DNA of 64,000 nt, taken from an uncultured Acidobacteriota bacterium (lineage in GTDB: Bacteria > Acidobacteriota > Polarisedimenticolia > J045). Location of the stretch: NCBI GenBank assembly GCA_963702425.1, contig CAVPCQ010000017.1, forward strand, positions 194,325 to 258,324, read 5' to 3'. Under the pieces are notes generated by a model, which did no database searches, was not told the origin of the DNA, and was given only the letters and a program-made list of their open reading frames with translations. Positions 63,989 through 64,000 of the stretch are shown here, one piece after another. Each line of letters starts with the position of its first letter. Positions within the stretch are counted from its first letter, which is position 1. A program made the position numbers and the translations under genes.

Positions 63989-64000
63989 GGGCAGGCCGTC

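Overview
A very GC-rich (roughly 70%+ by eye), gene-dense bacterial window. The gene content suggests Acidobacteriota or a similar lineage, which is an inference and was not tested. About 55 CDS can be supported. From left to right: a RES gene plus an antitoxin/PIN toxin pair, an output-less PAS protein, envelope peptidases, and a YtrA-type GntR/ABC operon. Next come a CarH/LitR-type B12 photoreceptor divergent from fasciclin and DUF4397 genes, arsR-arsC-arsM, and an ECF sigma / membrane anti-sigma / di-heme enzyme / exported TPR-CHAT protease module. These are followed by an srsABC-like type III PKS operon, a metal permease-YHS module, lemA-htpX, an FHA-sigma54 activator, and a cbs-cgl-arginine deiminase operon. 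The right end holds an L,D-transpeptidase operon running into a desaturase-ufaD-ufaO-like cluster, an orphan XanB2-like chorismatase, and a large PKD/FN3 secreted protein. The most notable unexplained structure is: (1) the ECF-CHAT module, with two identically spaced candidate ECF promoters; (2) two unannotated sigma54-type small-RNA loci, one with a consensus IHF site and an anti-Shine-Dalgarno-like tract, the other a 215-bp tandem duplication of palindrome + promoter next to an activator with GVATGV in place of GAFTGA; (3) a GTAG-type REP family whose GTAG supplies gene stop codons at up to six sites. Several genes carry frameshifts that may be sequencing errors. No rRNA, tRNA, CRISPR array or transposase was found. 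All calls come from reading motifs by eye; no database searches were run.
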